From: Candidatus Micrarchaeota archaeon
Lineage (GTDB): Archaea; Micrarchaeota; Micrarchaeia; Micrarchaeales; CABMGC01
NCBI GenBank assembly: GCA_021817125.1
Contig: JAKAWC010000001.1
Location: 12,327-76,326, forward strand
Length of the DNA stretch: 64,000 nucleotides
Direction of reading: 5' to 3'
Shown in pieces: positions 1-7,942 of this stretch. Each line of letters opens with the position of its first letter. Position 1 is the first letter of the stretch. The notes under the pieces are model-generated. The model ran no database searches. It was given only the letters and a program-made list of their open reading frames with translations, and was not told the DNA's origin. Position numbers and translations under genes: made by a program.

Positions 1-26
1 TTGCTTTGCCTTTTTCTTGTCCATCA

Positions 27-755
27 TCAGAATCCCATCGTGTTTCCCTTGCCGAAGTTCTCTATCGTCCAGTCGATTACCATCTCCTTGATGGGCAGGT
101 ACTCCTCCTTCGTGAACTGCATGTTTCCGATGCAGTACTTCTTGGTGTCTATATTGGAGCAGAACATGCATTCGTAAAGGTCGAAGCTGTTGTTGACGTA
201 CATGCACTTGGACACCTTCTTTGACCACATGACTGCGAAGCTGGACGTGGTGAATGTCGAGTCCAGCACCCGGATACAAGACATTACAGCGTTATTGAAC
301 CTGCATGCGACTATCTGCTTGCAGTTCGAGTTATCCTCTGACAGGACGGCATTCTGGCAGTTGTGCGCGTTGGATGACTTGTAAACGGAGTTGCTATCGA
401 ATATGTTGTCGGATTCTGAGACGCCAATCGAATTGACATACCTGTCACCTAGGAAGTACGCTGATTCCCTCCAAAATGATAGGATATCATTCAGTGAATC
501 TATCTTCTTCGGCTTCGGAATCGTGCCTTTCTCCTGCAGCTCCGTCCCAGTTTGCATAGACATCGCAGAGACGTTGCGCCTCCTCTTCGACCATGTGTCC
601 TTCCCCGTAACGTCATCCTTGACCGGCACGGGTATGGCCAGATCAAAAGCAAACCTTTTCTGTATCTCTCCTAAGGTAAACGGGTTGTCCCTGCCAAAGA
701 TATCCTTGAACACGAAGTTTACGGTCTCCATCGCTTTTGCGGCGTCCATGTTCAT
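27..755 (-). CDS. Cysteine-rich hypothetical protein, tandem paralog 2 (downstream of HerA-like ATPase)
   Basis: 242 aa from internal ATG 755 of ORF 27..902. The ATG overlaps the upstream stop (ATGA at 752-755). Shares blocks with the 752..1486 product (VFKD-FG--NPFT, ESDNI, CIRVL-S, TSSFA--WSKKVS-CMY, ECMFCSN, KYC, VIDWTI-NFGK). 8 Cys. No family recognised. Confidence 0.6.
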   Translation of the reverse strand: MNMDAAKAMETVNFVFKDIFGRDNPFTLGEIQKRFAFDLAIPVPVKDDVTGKDTWSKRRRNVSAMSMQTGTELQEKGTIPKPKKIDSLNDILSFWRESAYFLGDRYVNSIGVSESDNIFDSNSVYKSSNAHNCQNAVLSEDNSNCKQIVACRFNNAVMSCIRVLDSTFTTSSFAVMWSKKVSKCMYVNNSFDLYECMFCSNIDTKKYCIGNMQFTKEEYLPIKEMVIDWTIENFGKGNTMGF

Positions 756-1486
756 GCCTCGAAACCCTGGCTGTTCGATTTGCCGAAATTTTTGATCGTC
801 CAGTCTATGACCTGCGCCTTGAAGGGGAGATACTGATCTTTCGTCAGCTGCGTATTGGCTACGCAGTATTTCTGCGAGCGCATGTTGGAGCAGAACATGC
901 ACTCGAACATGTCCTCGCAGTCATTGAGGTACATACATCTTGATACTTTCTTTGACCACTCTATGGCGAAGCTTGATGTCACCTGGGCGCTCTCCAGAAC
1001 ACGTATGCAGGCGGTGGAGTCGTCAGTATACGAACACCCGACAGTGTACTTGCATGCGGACAGGTTGGTGCTAAAGACGCATTTCTCCGAGCCAAAGCAT
1101 TTTGCCGACCTAAATATATAGGTACTCCCGTAGATGTTATCCGACTCGGCGACCTCTCTTGAGTCTATAGTCTTCTCCCCCGTAAAGTAGTCGATCTCAC
1201 CCCAGTACTTAGATATGTCGGCCATGGTCTTTATCGGCTTCTTCTCCTTTATCCAGGCATTCTTCTTCGAGTCTATCAGGAGGTTGGCCTGCGACATGGT
1301 CTTCGCGGCGCCGGATGAAGTCACCCACGTGAAGCCGCCAGGCGTGCGGTCGTCGTTCGTTCTTTGCGGCAGGGGCAAGCCGAAAGCAAATTTATCGAGA
1401 GTCTCCTGCATGGTGAACGGATTAGGCTGACCGAAGACGTCCTTGAAGACATAGTCCGCTATCTGCTTCGCCTGGGCCTCGTTCAT
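752..1486 (-). CDS. Cysteine-rich hypothetical protein, tandem paralog 1
   Basis: 244 aa from internal ATG 1486 of ORF 752..1549. The ATG overlaps the ATPase stop (ATGA at 1483-1486). 10 Cys in the C-terminal half. Paralogous to the 27..755 product. Confidence 0.6.
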   Translation of the reverse strand: MNEAQAKQIADYVFKDVFGQPNPFTMQETLDKFAFGLPLPQRTNDDRTPGGFTWVTSSGAAKTMSQANLLIDSKKNAWIKEKKPIKTMADISKYWGEIDYFTGEKTIDSREVAESDNIYGSTYIFRSAKCFGSEKCVFSTNLSACKYTVGCSYTDDSTACIRVLESAQVTSSFAIEWSKKVSRCMYLNDCEDMFECMFCSNMRSQKYCVANTQLTKDQYLPFKAQVIDWTIKNFGKSNSQGFEA

Positions 1487-3228
1487 ATAGCTCCCATGTC
1501 CGGGGTGCGTGCCTTGAAGACATCGTAGAACTTCCCGTTTGCATAGCACCTTACCAGGCAGTACCGGGTGTTAAGCAGCGTTATCGCCTTTATCTTCAGC
1601 TCCTCCTTGGACTCGCGCTTTTCCTCCCACTGCTTCACTACCTCCTCCGGGATGTCTATGTCAAAGTTCTTGGTCAGGATCTTCGCGTCCTCTTCTGGCG
1701 CCCTGAATATGAAATAGTTGAAAGTGTTGGACAGTATTCCCTTCAGCAGCTCCGGCTTGAGCTGGTTCAGGTACTGCACTGACAGGAATAGCGAGAGATT
1801 GAACTTCCTCGCCTCAGCCAATATCGTGACCAACGCATCGCTCTGGACCACCGACGCCTCGTCGACTATGAGTATAATCTTCTTATTGACCTGCCTGTTC
1901 TGCGAGATCAGGAAAACCTGCTGTATTAGCAGCCCGGCGATCAGCCTCGTGGCCCTCTCCCCAAGGAATATCCTTGAAAGGGAGAAGGTGGTGAGGAAGT
2001 TCTTGTTCAGTATGTCAACAAGGGCGTCGGATGACTGGCTCCCGAAGACGGGCAGGAAGTTCAGCTCATCGATCAGGGTGAGCACCGGCATGACGGCAGT
2101 CTCATAGAACTTGGTCTGGATCTCGGGGAACTCGGCGTCGAAGAAGTGGATCATGTTGTCTTCTATGTTGGGCTTCTTGAAGACCTCCGTCCTGTACTCG
2201 TACTCTGTCAGGAACTTCTTGATGTTGAAGAGCGACATCTCGTTCGCCGAGAAGAGGACGTATAGGGTATACTTCAGCACCTGTTCCATCTTTGCATTGA
2301 ACTGGCTCTCGAGCAGCATCTTGAACAGCATTATGGTGAGTTCTGTTGCTATCTTGGGGTTCGACCTCTTTGAGAATAGGTCGCACGCGCTCTTCATGAA
2401 GTCTATGTTTACTGACGGCTGTATCTGGTTGAGGTCTGCATATAACGATGCGTGGGGGTCTATCACGACCACGGCATACTCCTCCTGGAGCCGTCGTTTG
2501 ACCAGCTCCTTTACAAAGAGACCGAGGAACTTGGATTTTCCGACTCCAGTCTGCCCTATCACCATTGTATGCTTGTCAAACTCGTACGCCTTCAGCGGGA
2601 GGTAGTTCTGCGTCGCCAGGTACGGGAAGCCGTCGACCTCGAGGAAGCCTTCCTTCTGTTCGTGCGTAAAGAGCCGGGTGACGTTCTCTATCTTCAGGTA
2701 TATCGGAATCTCCTTCTTCTTGTATTTGACGCTCTGGGTCCAGTCTATCCTGTCGAGCAGGTAGAAAGGTATGGACGGAAGCGTCAGGTTTATCACTATC
2801 GGCCTCCCACTGGCCTTCTCAAAGTATAGGGAGATCCAGTTCTGGTGTATCTTCTTCAGGTGGGACTTGAAGTGCCACAGAACCTTCTTCAGCGCCCTTC
2901 CCTTCTTGAGCTCCTCCCTCTCCTTTATGTCCAATATGGACTTGTCAAGGGGCAGCGTCATCAGGGCTATGGTCATGGATGCGCCTTCCGGCACCCAGTT
3001 CTCCCTATGCTCTGGCTTGAAGATGAATGGCTGTATCCTTGTAGTCAGGTTGGAGAGGTCGCGCTTCGTGTGCAGATGGAACTCCACTTCGCTCTTCTCG
3101 AAGTTTATCTCAAGGATGAAGTCGTTGTCGTAGTCGAAAACAGCGTTGATGAATCTCTCCCAGCGTATGTCTGCGGGCTTGTCCTTCTGGATATAGATCT
3201 CGAAACTGTGCTTGTAGCCGCTAATCAT
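1483..3228 (-). CDS. HerA/VirB4-like (DUF87-type) P-loop ATPase
   Basis: Walker A GQTGVGKS, IDPHASLY, Walker B ILIVDEAS, and an ARKFNLSLFLSVQ block typical of HerA/TraG/VirB4-like ATPases. The ORF is open to GTG 3318, but those extra 30 aa are very basic, so ATG 3228 is preferred. The start remains uncertain. Confidence 0.7.
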   Translation of the reverse strand: MISGYKHSFEIYIQKDKPADIRWERFINAVFDYDNDFILEINFEKSEVEFHLHTKRDLSNLTTRIQPFIFKPEHRENWVPEGASMTIALMTLPLDKSILDIKEREELKKGRALKKVLWHFKSHLKKIHQNWISLYFEKASGRPIVINLTLPSIPFYLLDRIDWTQSVKYKKKEIPIYLKIENVTRLFTHEQKEGFLEVDGFPYLATQNYLPLKAYEFDKHTMVIGQTGVGKSKFLGLFVKELVKRRLQEEYAVVVIDPHASLYADLNQIQPSVNIDFMKSACDLFSKRSNPKIATELTIMLFKMLLESQFNAKMEQVLKYTLYVLFSANEMSLFNIKKFLTEYEYRTEVFKKPNIEDNMIHFFDAEFPEIQTKFYETAVMPVLTLIDELNFLPVFGSQSSDALVDILNKNFLTTFSLSRIFLGERATRLIAGLLIQQVFLISQNRQVNKKIILIVDEASVVQSDALVTILAEARKFNLSLFLSVQYLNQLKPELLKGILSNTFNYFIFRAPEEDAKILTKNFDIDIPEEVVKQWEEKRESKEELKIKAITLLNTRYCLVRCYANGKFYDVFKARTPDMGAI

Positions 3229-3331
3229 TAGATTCACTTTTCGTACTGAGCGTCGTTTTCGTGATATCCTATTCCTCTTTATCCATTTAAATAGGTTTTG
3301 CGGAAAGCGTAGTCTCACTGTTTATAGCCCA

Positions 3332-3793
3332 TTAGGGTCTGCGCTTGCGGTATGAGACAAGAGTTGATAGTCTAGACCTTGACGACCTGTCCTGAGGGCC
3401 ATAGACTACGCCGTGCCGCCTGAGGAGCCTCCAGATGCTCGATATGGAGAGCTTCTTCCCGGTGAACTTCCATATCAGGTGCTGCACCTTCCAGTAGGAC
3501 CAAGCGGGAGTTTTGAAGCCAAACTTTGTCGCTGGAGACCTAATGCTGCTGATGATCTTCGCAGACTCACGCGCGGAGAGCTTCGGCTTGGGACCCGGCG
3601 CCTTCTTTGACAGAAGTGCGCGCCTCCCGCCGCGCTTGTATGCGGTGAACCACCTTGTCACCGCCCTCCGGTTCATCCCGAACGCTGCGGCGATCTCGGA
3701 GACCCTCCACCCGCTCCTGCGCAGCTCGATCGCCCTGAACCTCTGCTTCTCGAGCATCTCGTGAACCAGGTGGCGGCCTATCCCCTTATCCAT
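3332..3793 (-). CDS. IS630-family transposase N-terminal DNA-binding half only (HTH protein, no DDE domain)
   Basis: 153 aa. An HTH (VSEIAAAFGMNRRAVTRW), a GPKPKL linker and a second winged-helix segment parallel the first ~150 aa of the IS630 transposase at 61063..62103 (SGRPPKL etc.). No catalytic domain follows. Confidence 0.6.
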   Translation of the reverse strand: MDKGIGRHLVHEMLEKQRFRAIELRRSGWRVSEIAAAFGMNRRAVTRWFTAYKRGGRRALLSKKAPGPKPKLSARESAKIISSIRSPATKFGFKTPAWSYWKVQHLIWKFTGKKLSISSIWRLLRRHGVVYGPQDRSSRSRLSTLVSYRKRRP

Positions 3794-3836
3794 AGTATGA
3801 AATAAACAGAAAAAGGTATAAGTTGCTTTGCGGCGC

Positions 3837-4658
3837 TCACATTGCCGGCATCGGTGTTTTTGGCTTCCTCATGCGCACCCAGACCAGGACGGCTATCACG
3901 ATGATTGCTACGGCGGCTATGCCTCCATAGAGCGCTGTATTGCTGCCGCCGGAAGGTGGCTGTGTGGGGATGGTCGGCTGCGTATTCTGGATGCTTATGG
4001 TCGGGGACGTTGAAGATGCCGGTCCGCCGCCTATAGTAGTAGTTGTGGAGAACTTGGGAGGCGTAGCGCCGGTGGTGAAAACCCATAGCGCTGGCGCACT
4101 GAGCGATAGCGTTGTGGTGTTGCCTGTGGTCTGGTTGTACGACGCCCAGTTTAGCTGGCCGGAGTAGCTGCCCCCGATATATTGCTGCTCGGGGGTGCCA
4201 TCAAAATAGGTATGACCATTGTTGTCGACAGTGCCACCGGTCCATAACCATATCCCCTCGGTGGATGGATAACGGACTGAGACTTGGAGCGCTACCGGAG
4301 AGCCGCTCGAAGAGACAAACCGCCCGGTCAGGTTGTTGTTTATCTCAAACGCCGTCCCGTACGATGCGTTCTGACCCGTGCCAGATGGGTTTGGCACAGA
4401 ACTCAGCCAGAAGTTCTCAATCCTGAAACTGTAGGTGGACAGCTGCTGACCGTTGACCAGCGCGTACGTGCCAGCGGGTATGTGGACAAGAACTGGCACC
4501 CCGACAGCATCAACATAACCACCTGTCGATGCGTTGATGACACCGGTTGCGCTCCCAGAGAAGTTGAACGTGGGCGTTCCAGTACTCTGTGCGAACGCGG
4601 TGGGCGCCATAACGGCGAAAGAGACTGCGAATAATAGTATGGCTTCGTGTGGCCTCAT
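3837..4658 (-). CDS. Secreted surface protein with C-terminal GSNTALY-TM-basic anchor
   Basis: Signal peptide ending AFA-QS, a T/S/P-rich stalk, and a C-terminus GGSNTALYGGIAAVAIIVIAVLVWVRMRK. An A/T box ATTTATATA (4688-4696) lies about 30 nt upstream of ATG 4658. Confidence 0.7.
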   Translation of the reverse strand: MRPHEAILLFAVSFAVMAPTAFAQSTGTPTFNFSGSATGVINASTGGYVDAVGVPVLVHIPAGTYALVNGQQLSTYSFRIENFWLSSVPNPSGTGQNASYGTAFEINNNLTGRFVSSSGSPVALQVSVRYPSTEGIWLWTGGTVDNNGHTYFDGTPEQQYIGGSYSGQLNWASYNQTTGNTTTLSLSAPALWVFTTGATPPKFSTTTTIGGGPASSTSPTISIQNTQPTIPTQPPSGGSNTALYGGIAAVAIIVIAVLVWVRMRKPKTPMPAM

Positions 4659-4739
4659 CGTATCTCCCTTCTATTAACGATACTAGCATTTATATACTTA
4701 ATCTGGCGCAGCATCCGTTGCGACGCTGAAGCTCATTGA

Positions 4740-6030
4740 TGTAAACTACCCACGACTAAAGTCGTAGGCTTTCCATCAGTTGATAAGCATGTTGCACAGC
4801 AACGTTGGGCAAACCAACTTCATCGGACAAACGAGGTCGTTTACAAAGACCCTCCCTATTGGAAATCTGGAAGGGTTTTCGGTCAAGAATATCCTTCCGC
4901 TCCAAGAGGCATTTCAATGCAATGTTCTTGCTTGCATTTCGGTCGGAGTTCACGACAACCCCGCATCCCTTGCATCTGAACAGGGCATAGTTGGAACTAC
5001 TGTGTCCTTGTTTCGCGACAGCACCGCAGTGCGAACAGAACTTGGATGTGTGCCAACTGTCCAAGACATCGAGTGTAATCTTCTTGTCAAAGCAACGGGA
5101 GGCGAGGATTTCCCTGAATTTAAAGAAAGGCATCCTCATTACAATCTTGTTGAAGTTCTTTCCCTTGCTTCTGAATCGTTTAAGGTCTTCGATGGAGATG
5201 TCGGTATTATATTTCAACGCAATCTCGGTTATCTTTTTAATCATCTGGCCGAGATTCGTCTCGACAAAGGCGTATTCGCGGGTCTTCAATCTGCGCAGAG
5301 CAGGGAGATTGTTGGAACTCTGCATCAGGGAACGCCTGTGCATCATTGTCTTCCTCTTCATCCATATATGCAGTCCGAAGTAGGTCTGGTAAAGGACTTT
5401 GCCTCTGCCAGAAAGGACGCTAACGGCGATCCTCTTTGCGTTGAAGTCGATACCCAAGACGTTCTTCTTCTGGGGCAGTTCAACCTCGTCTTTGGAAAGA
5501 TACGCAACAACCTCAAGTCTGGAAGTCAAACCATAGGTTTTGCACGTCCATCCATTCTTCATGAGATCAGAGTATCTCTGGAAATTCCTATTCTTCTTTA
5601 CGGGAACAGAAATGGGATTCTTGGAAAATACGGAGAATTTAACAAAAGGCAGGGTCATGGCAAAAGTCTTACAGTTTCGGGGGACGTTGAATTTGAGGGT
5701 AATTCCTTTCGACTTGCCTTTGCTTCTCCAGACAGAGCGTTCAATGTCGCAGACAACCTGCGAATTAAAAGAGGTGCGTTTTTTGCAGTCTGAATACACT
5801 TTCTTATGGAAATCCATGAATCTGGAGCAGAAGTCTCTCCCATCCCAAAGACGATTGAATTCGGAGGTTGCGATGGACATCACCTTCTTCAATGTAGCCT
5901 CTTTAGATGTGGTTGCACATACTTGCAATAGGATAGAGCGTTTCATATCCTTGACCATAGGTATATGCGCAATCGGTTATATAGGCATATACCCGAATTC
6001 CTCCCACGATTCAAATCGTGGGTTTCCTTC
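4740..6030 (-). mobile_element. IS200/IS605-family element carrying tnpB only (IS1341-like); ends approximate
   Basis: tnpB is flanked by related subterminal hairpins, CCCACGAT-TCAA-ATCGTGGG (6003-6022) and CCCACGAC-TAAA-GTCGTAGG (4749-4768). The latter overlaps the tnpB stop codon. Confidence 0.6.
4756..5958 (-). CDS. tnpB: TnpB (OrfB) RNA-guided nuclease-type transposon protein
   Basis: 400 aa. RuvC-I GIDFN, RuvC-II ISIEDLK, zinc finger CSHCG...CKGCG, RuvC-III NSDRNASKNI. A/T box CCTATATAACC about 25-30 nt upstream of ATG 5958. Confidence 0.85.
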   Translation of the reverse strand: MVKDMKRSILLQVCATTSKEATLKKVMSIATSEFNRLWDGRDFCSRFMDFHKKVYSDCKKRTSFNSQVVCDIERSVWRSKGKSKGITLKFNVPRNCKTFAMTLPFVKFSVFSKNPISVPVKKNRNFQRYSDLMKNGWTCKTYGLTSRLEVVAYLSKDEVELPQKKNVLGIDFNAKRIAVSVLSGRGKVLYQTYFGLHIWMKRKTMMHRRSLMQSSNNLPALRRLKTREYAFVETNLGQMIKKITEIALKYNTDISIEDLKRFRSKGKNFNKIVMRMPFFKFREILASRCFDKKITLDVLDSWHTSKFCSHCGAVAKQGHSSSNYALFRCKGCGVVVNSDRNASKNIALKCLLERKDILDRKPFQISNREGLCKRPRLSDEVGLPNVAVQHAYQLMESLRL

Positions 6031-6039
6031 AGGGTAAAT

Positions 6040-6082
6040 CTATGAAATAAAAAGAAAAGGCGCAGGGGCAGACACCCCTGCG
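6040..6082 (-). terminator. Hairpin plus T-run downstream of gene 6095..6481
   Basis: 8-bp stem CGCAGGGG/CCCCTGCG (6061-6082) sits 12 nt after the stop. On the minus strand it is followed by CCTTTTCTTTTTATTT. Confidence 0.5.
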
Positions 6083-6094
6083 TTTATTGGGCGG

Positions 6095-6481
6095 TTACTT
6101 CTTTCCCTTCTTGTTCATCATCATCCAGGCTGCCACTAGTATGATGATTACCACAATCACTATGCCGATGTAGAGCGCGGTGTTGCTGCCAGCTCCGCCG
6201 TATCCGCTTCCCCCATTGCCAGTCGCGTTCGTCGCGGTGACCGTCGTAGGCGAGACCGTCTGGTTTATTGTCGAGGAGAACTGCGGTACTGTAGTCAATA
6301 TCCCGTTTATGGTGACTGCTGTCGGTGGCGTGTACGGCACCGGTGCTATCGTCGTAATGGTCTTCTGCGTTATGAAGACTATCATCTGCGTTGGCGATAT
6401 GCCGTGTGTCTGTGCGAATGCCAGCCCTACCAGTGCTGCTCCGGCTAATGCAAGTAGCATTAATACTACATGTAACTTCAT
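6095..6481 (-). CDS. Small secreted surface protein with C-terminal GSNTALY-TM-basic anchor
   Basis: 128 aa. Signal peptide ending AFA-QT, a T-rich body, and a C-terminus GAGSNTALYIGIVIVVIIILVAAWMMMNKKGKK. A/T box at 6511-6522. Confidence 0.7.
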   Translation of the reverse strand: MKLHVVLMLLALAGAALVGLAFAQTHGISPTQMIVFITQKTITTIAPVPYTPPTAVTINGILTTVPQFSSTINQTVSPTTVTATNATGNGGSGYGGAGSNTALYIGIVIVVIIILVAAWMMMNKKGKK

Positions 6482-6544
6482 TAAATCACGGATGTAATAG
6501 CAATCTGAAGATTTATATACCTAACTAGTTCTCGCCATGTGGCG

Positions 6545-7480
6545 CTACAACGGTTCCTTATCCAGGTAATGCTTCATGCTCGCTATTGCCTTCTGCGCCA
6601 GGGCCCTATCGCGCGTCTGCACGGCGGCGAAATGCGCAAGCCACACTGACTGGTAGAGTGAGTAGAAGAGGACCCTCTCGTCATCTATCTTCCCGTAGCC
6701 TTGCACGAAGCTGTCGATGAGGTCGGTCCCGTAGCAGTTCTGGTTCACCACCGCGACATCGAACATCGGATCACCAGAGATTGCGCTGGTCGCATCTATT
6801 ATGCCGCGTATGCTTCCTTTGTCGACAACTATGTTGCTCTGGGTAAGGTCCGCGTGCACCAGACGCGGATCATCGAACTCGAGTGGTCCTTCAGAGTTCC
6901 TAACGTAAAAGTTCATGGCTCGGTTGAGCGTCTTGTCGTCCACTATCCTGTTCACCTTGAGTTGCGTCATTATCTTCTTGAAGAAAGGATCCATGAAATC
7001 GGTCCAGGTCTCATTCCCGCCTACCCCTTCCTCGATGAGGTACCCGAACTTCCTCGTCCTTACCGAGTGCATCTTCTTCGCGAACCTGCCAAGGTCCTCC
7101 ATCACCTCTCTGGTCTGCGTGGGGGACAGGTCTGCCTCGCCCATCTGCTTGCCGGGTACGAACTCCTCTATTATATAGTCACGGCCGGTGTCAAGCACCT
7201 TGGGCACGGGGACGCCGAGCCTCGTCCACTGCCTGAGCGCCCACGCCTCGCTTAGCACCTTGCTGCGCTTCTGCTTCGTTGGGAACTTGACAACGAGCCT
7301 GCCACCGCTCGTTTCGACGATATAGACCATATTATCGAAGCCCTTGTGATTCTCCTTTATCTCCTTTACGATTAGACCCGTCTTCGACTTGACGATGCGC
7401 TTTATCACTGGGGCGTAGTGCATAAAGGGAAAGCTCAGAGGACATTTAAATCTGTTTGGATTGAAAACTGAGTCTGGCAT
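6545..7480 (-). CDS. Aminoglycoside/choline-kinase-type phosphotransferase (APH family)
   Basis: HADLTQSNIVVD catalytic loop and IIDATSAISGDPMFDVA motif. Alternative start ATG 7423 (MHYAPV...) would fit TATA 7444-7451. Confidence 0.7.
   Translation of the reverse strand: MPDSVFNPNRFKCPLSFPFMHYAPVIKRIVKSKTGLIVKEIKENHKGFDNMVYIVETSGGRLVVKFPTKQKRSKVLSEAWALRQWTRLGVPVPKVLDTGRDYIIEEFVPGKQMGEADLSPTQTREVMEDLGRFAKKMHSVRTRKFGYLIEEGVGGNETWTDFMDPFFKKIMTQLKVNRIVDDKTLNRAMNFYVRNSEGPLEFDDPRLVHADLTQSNIVVDKGSIRGIIDATSAISGDPMFDVAVVNQNCYGTDLIDSFVQGYGKIDDERVLFYSLYQSVWLAHFAAVQTRDRALAQKAIASMKHYLDKEPL
7444..7451. promoter_or_regulatory. Palindromic A/T box ATTTAAAT between divergent genes
   Basis: Lies in the 7424-7494 spacer between the kinase and HIT genes. 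Confidence 0.35.
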
Positions 7481-7494
7481 GTGAGAAGGCGCAG

Positions 7495-7942
7495 GTGCAC
7501 CTTTTCGGAGGAGAGGAAGACAACTGCGTATTCTGCAGGATCGCTCATGGAGAGGATCCGGGAGAGGCTGGCATTCGAGGACGCGAACACCGTCGCATTC
7601 TTAGATCGCAGACCCGTGTTCGGGGGACACTATCTGCTCACCCCGAAGGAGCGTGTTGTCGACATGAGCGGGGCCTCGGATGGACTGCTCGGGCGCATGT
7701 TCGCGAGCGCCAATGCCGTGGCGCAGGCTGTGGAGAAGGCGATGGACGCCGACGGCACTTTCGTAGCGGTGAACAACAGAGTAAGCCAATCTGTGGCACA
7801 CCTGCATATACCGATAGTGCCGCGGAAACAGAAGGACGGACCCCGCGGGTTCTTCTGGCCTATGACGCGGTATGCGAGCGACGGGGAGCTGTGGAGCGTA
7901 AGAGACAGGATCCGCAAAGAGACCCGATCTGTCAAGAAGTAG
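7495..7942 (+). pseudogene. HIT-family nucleotide hydrolase with apparent +1 frameshift near 7567
   Basis: Frame of 7495 encodes the N-terminal NCVFCRIAHGEDPGE. Frame of 7481 continues LAFEDANTVAFLDRRPVFGGHYLLTPKE...VAHLHIPIVPR. Skipping nt 7567 joins them into a canonical HIT fold. The histidine triad reads HLHIP. Confidence 0.6.

Noticed and set aside
3229-3318. GTG 3318 as the start of the HerA-like ATPase
   Set aside because: The extra 30 residues (MRLRFPQNLFKWIKRNRISRKRRSVRKVNL) are extremely basic, and the only A/T box near 3318 is 3 nt away. ATG 3228, with an upstream GTGA and the ATTTAAAT box at 3285-3292, fits better. The longer form is not excluded.
4780-5793. 337-aa plus-strand ORF
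   Set aside because: It is antisense to tnpB, which has complete RuvC and zinc-finger motifs. No motif is present in the shadow product.
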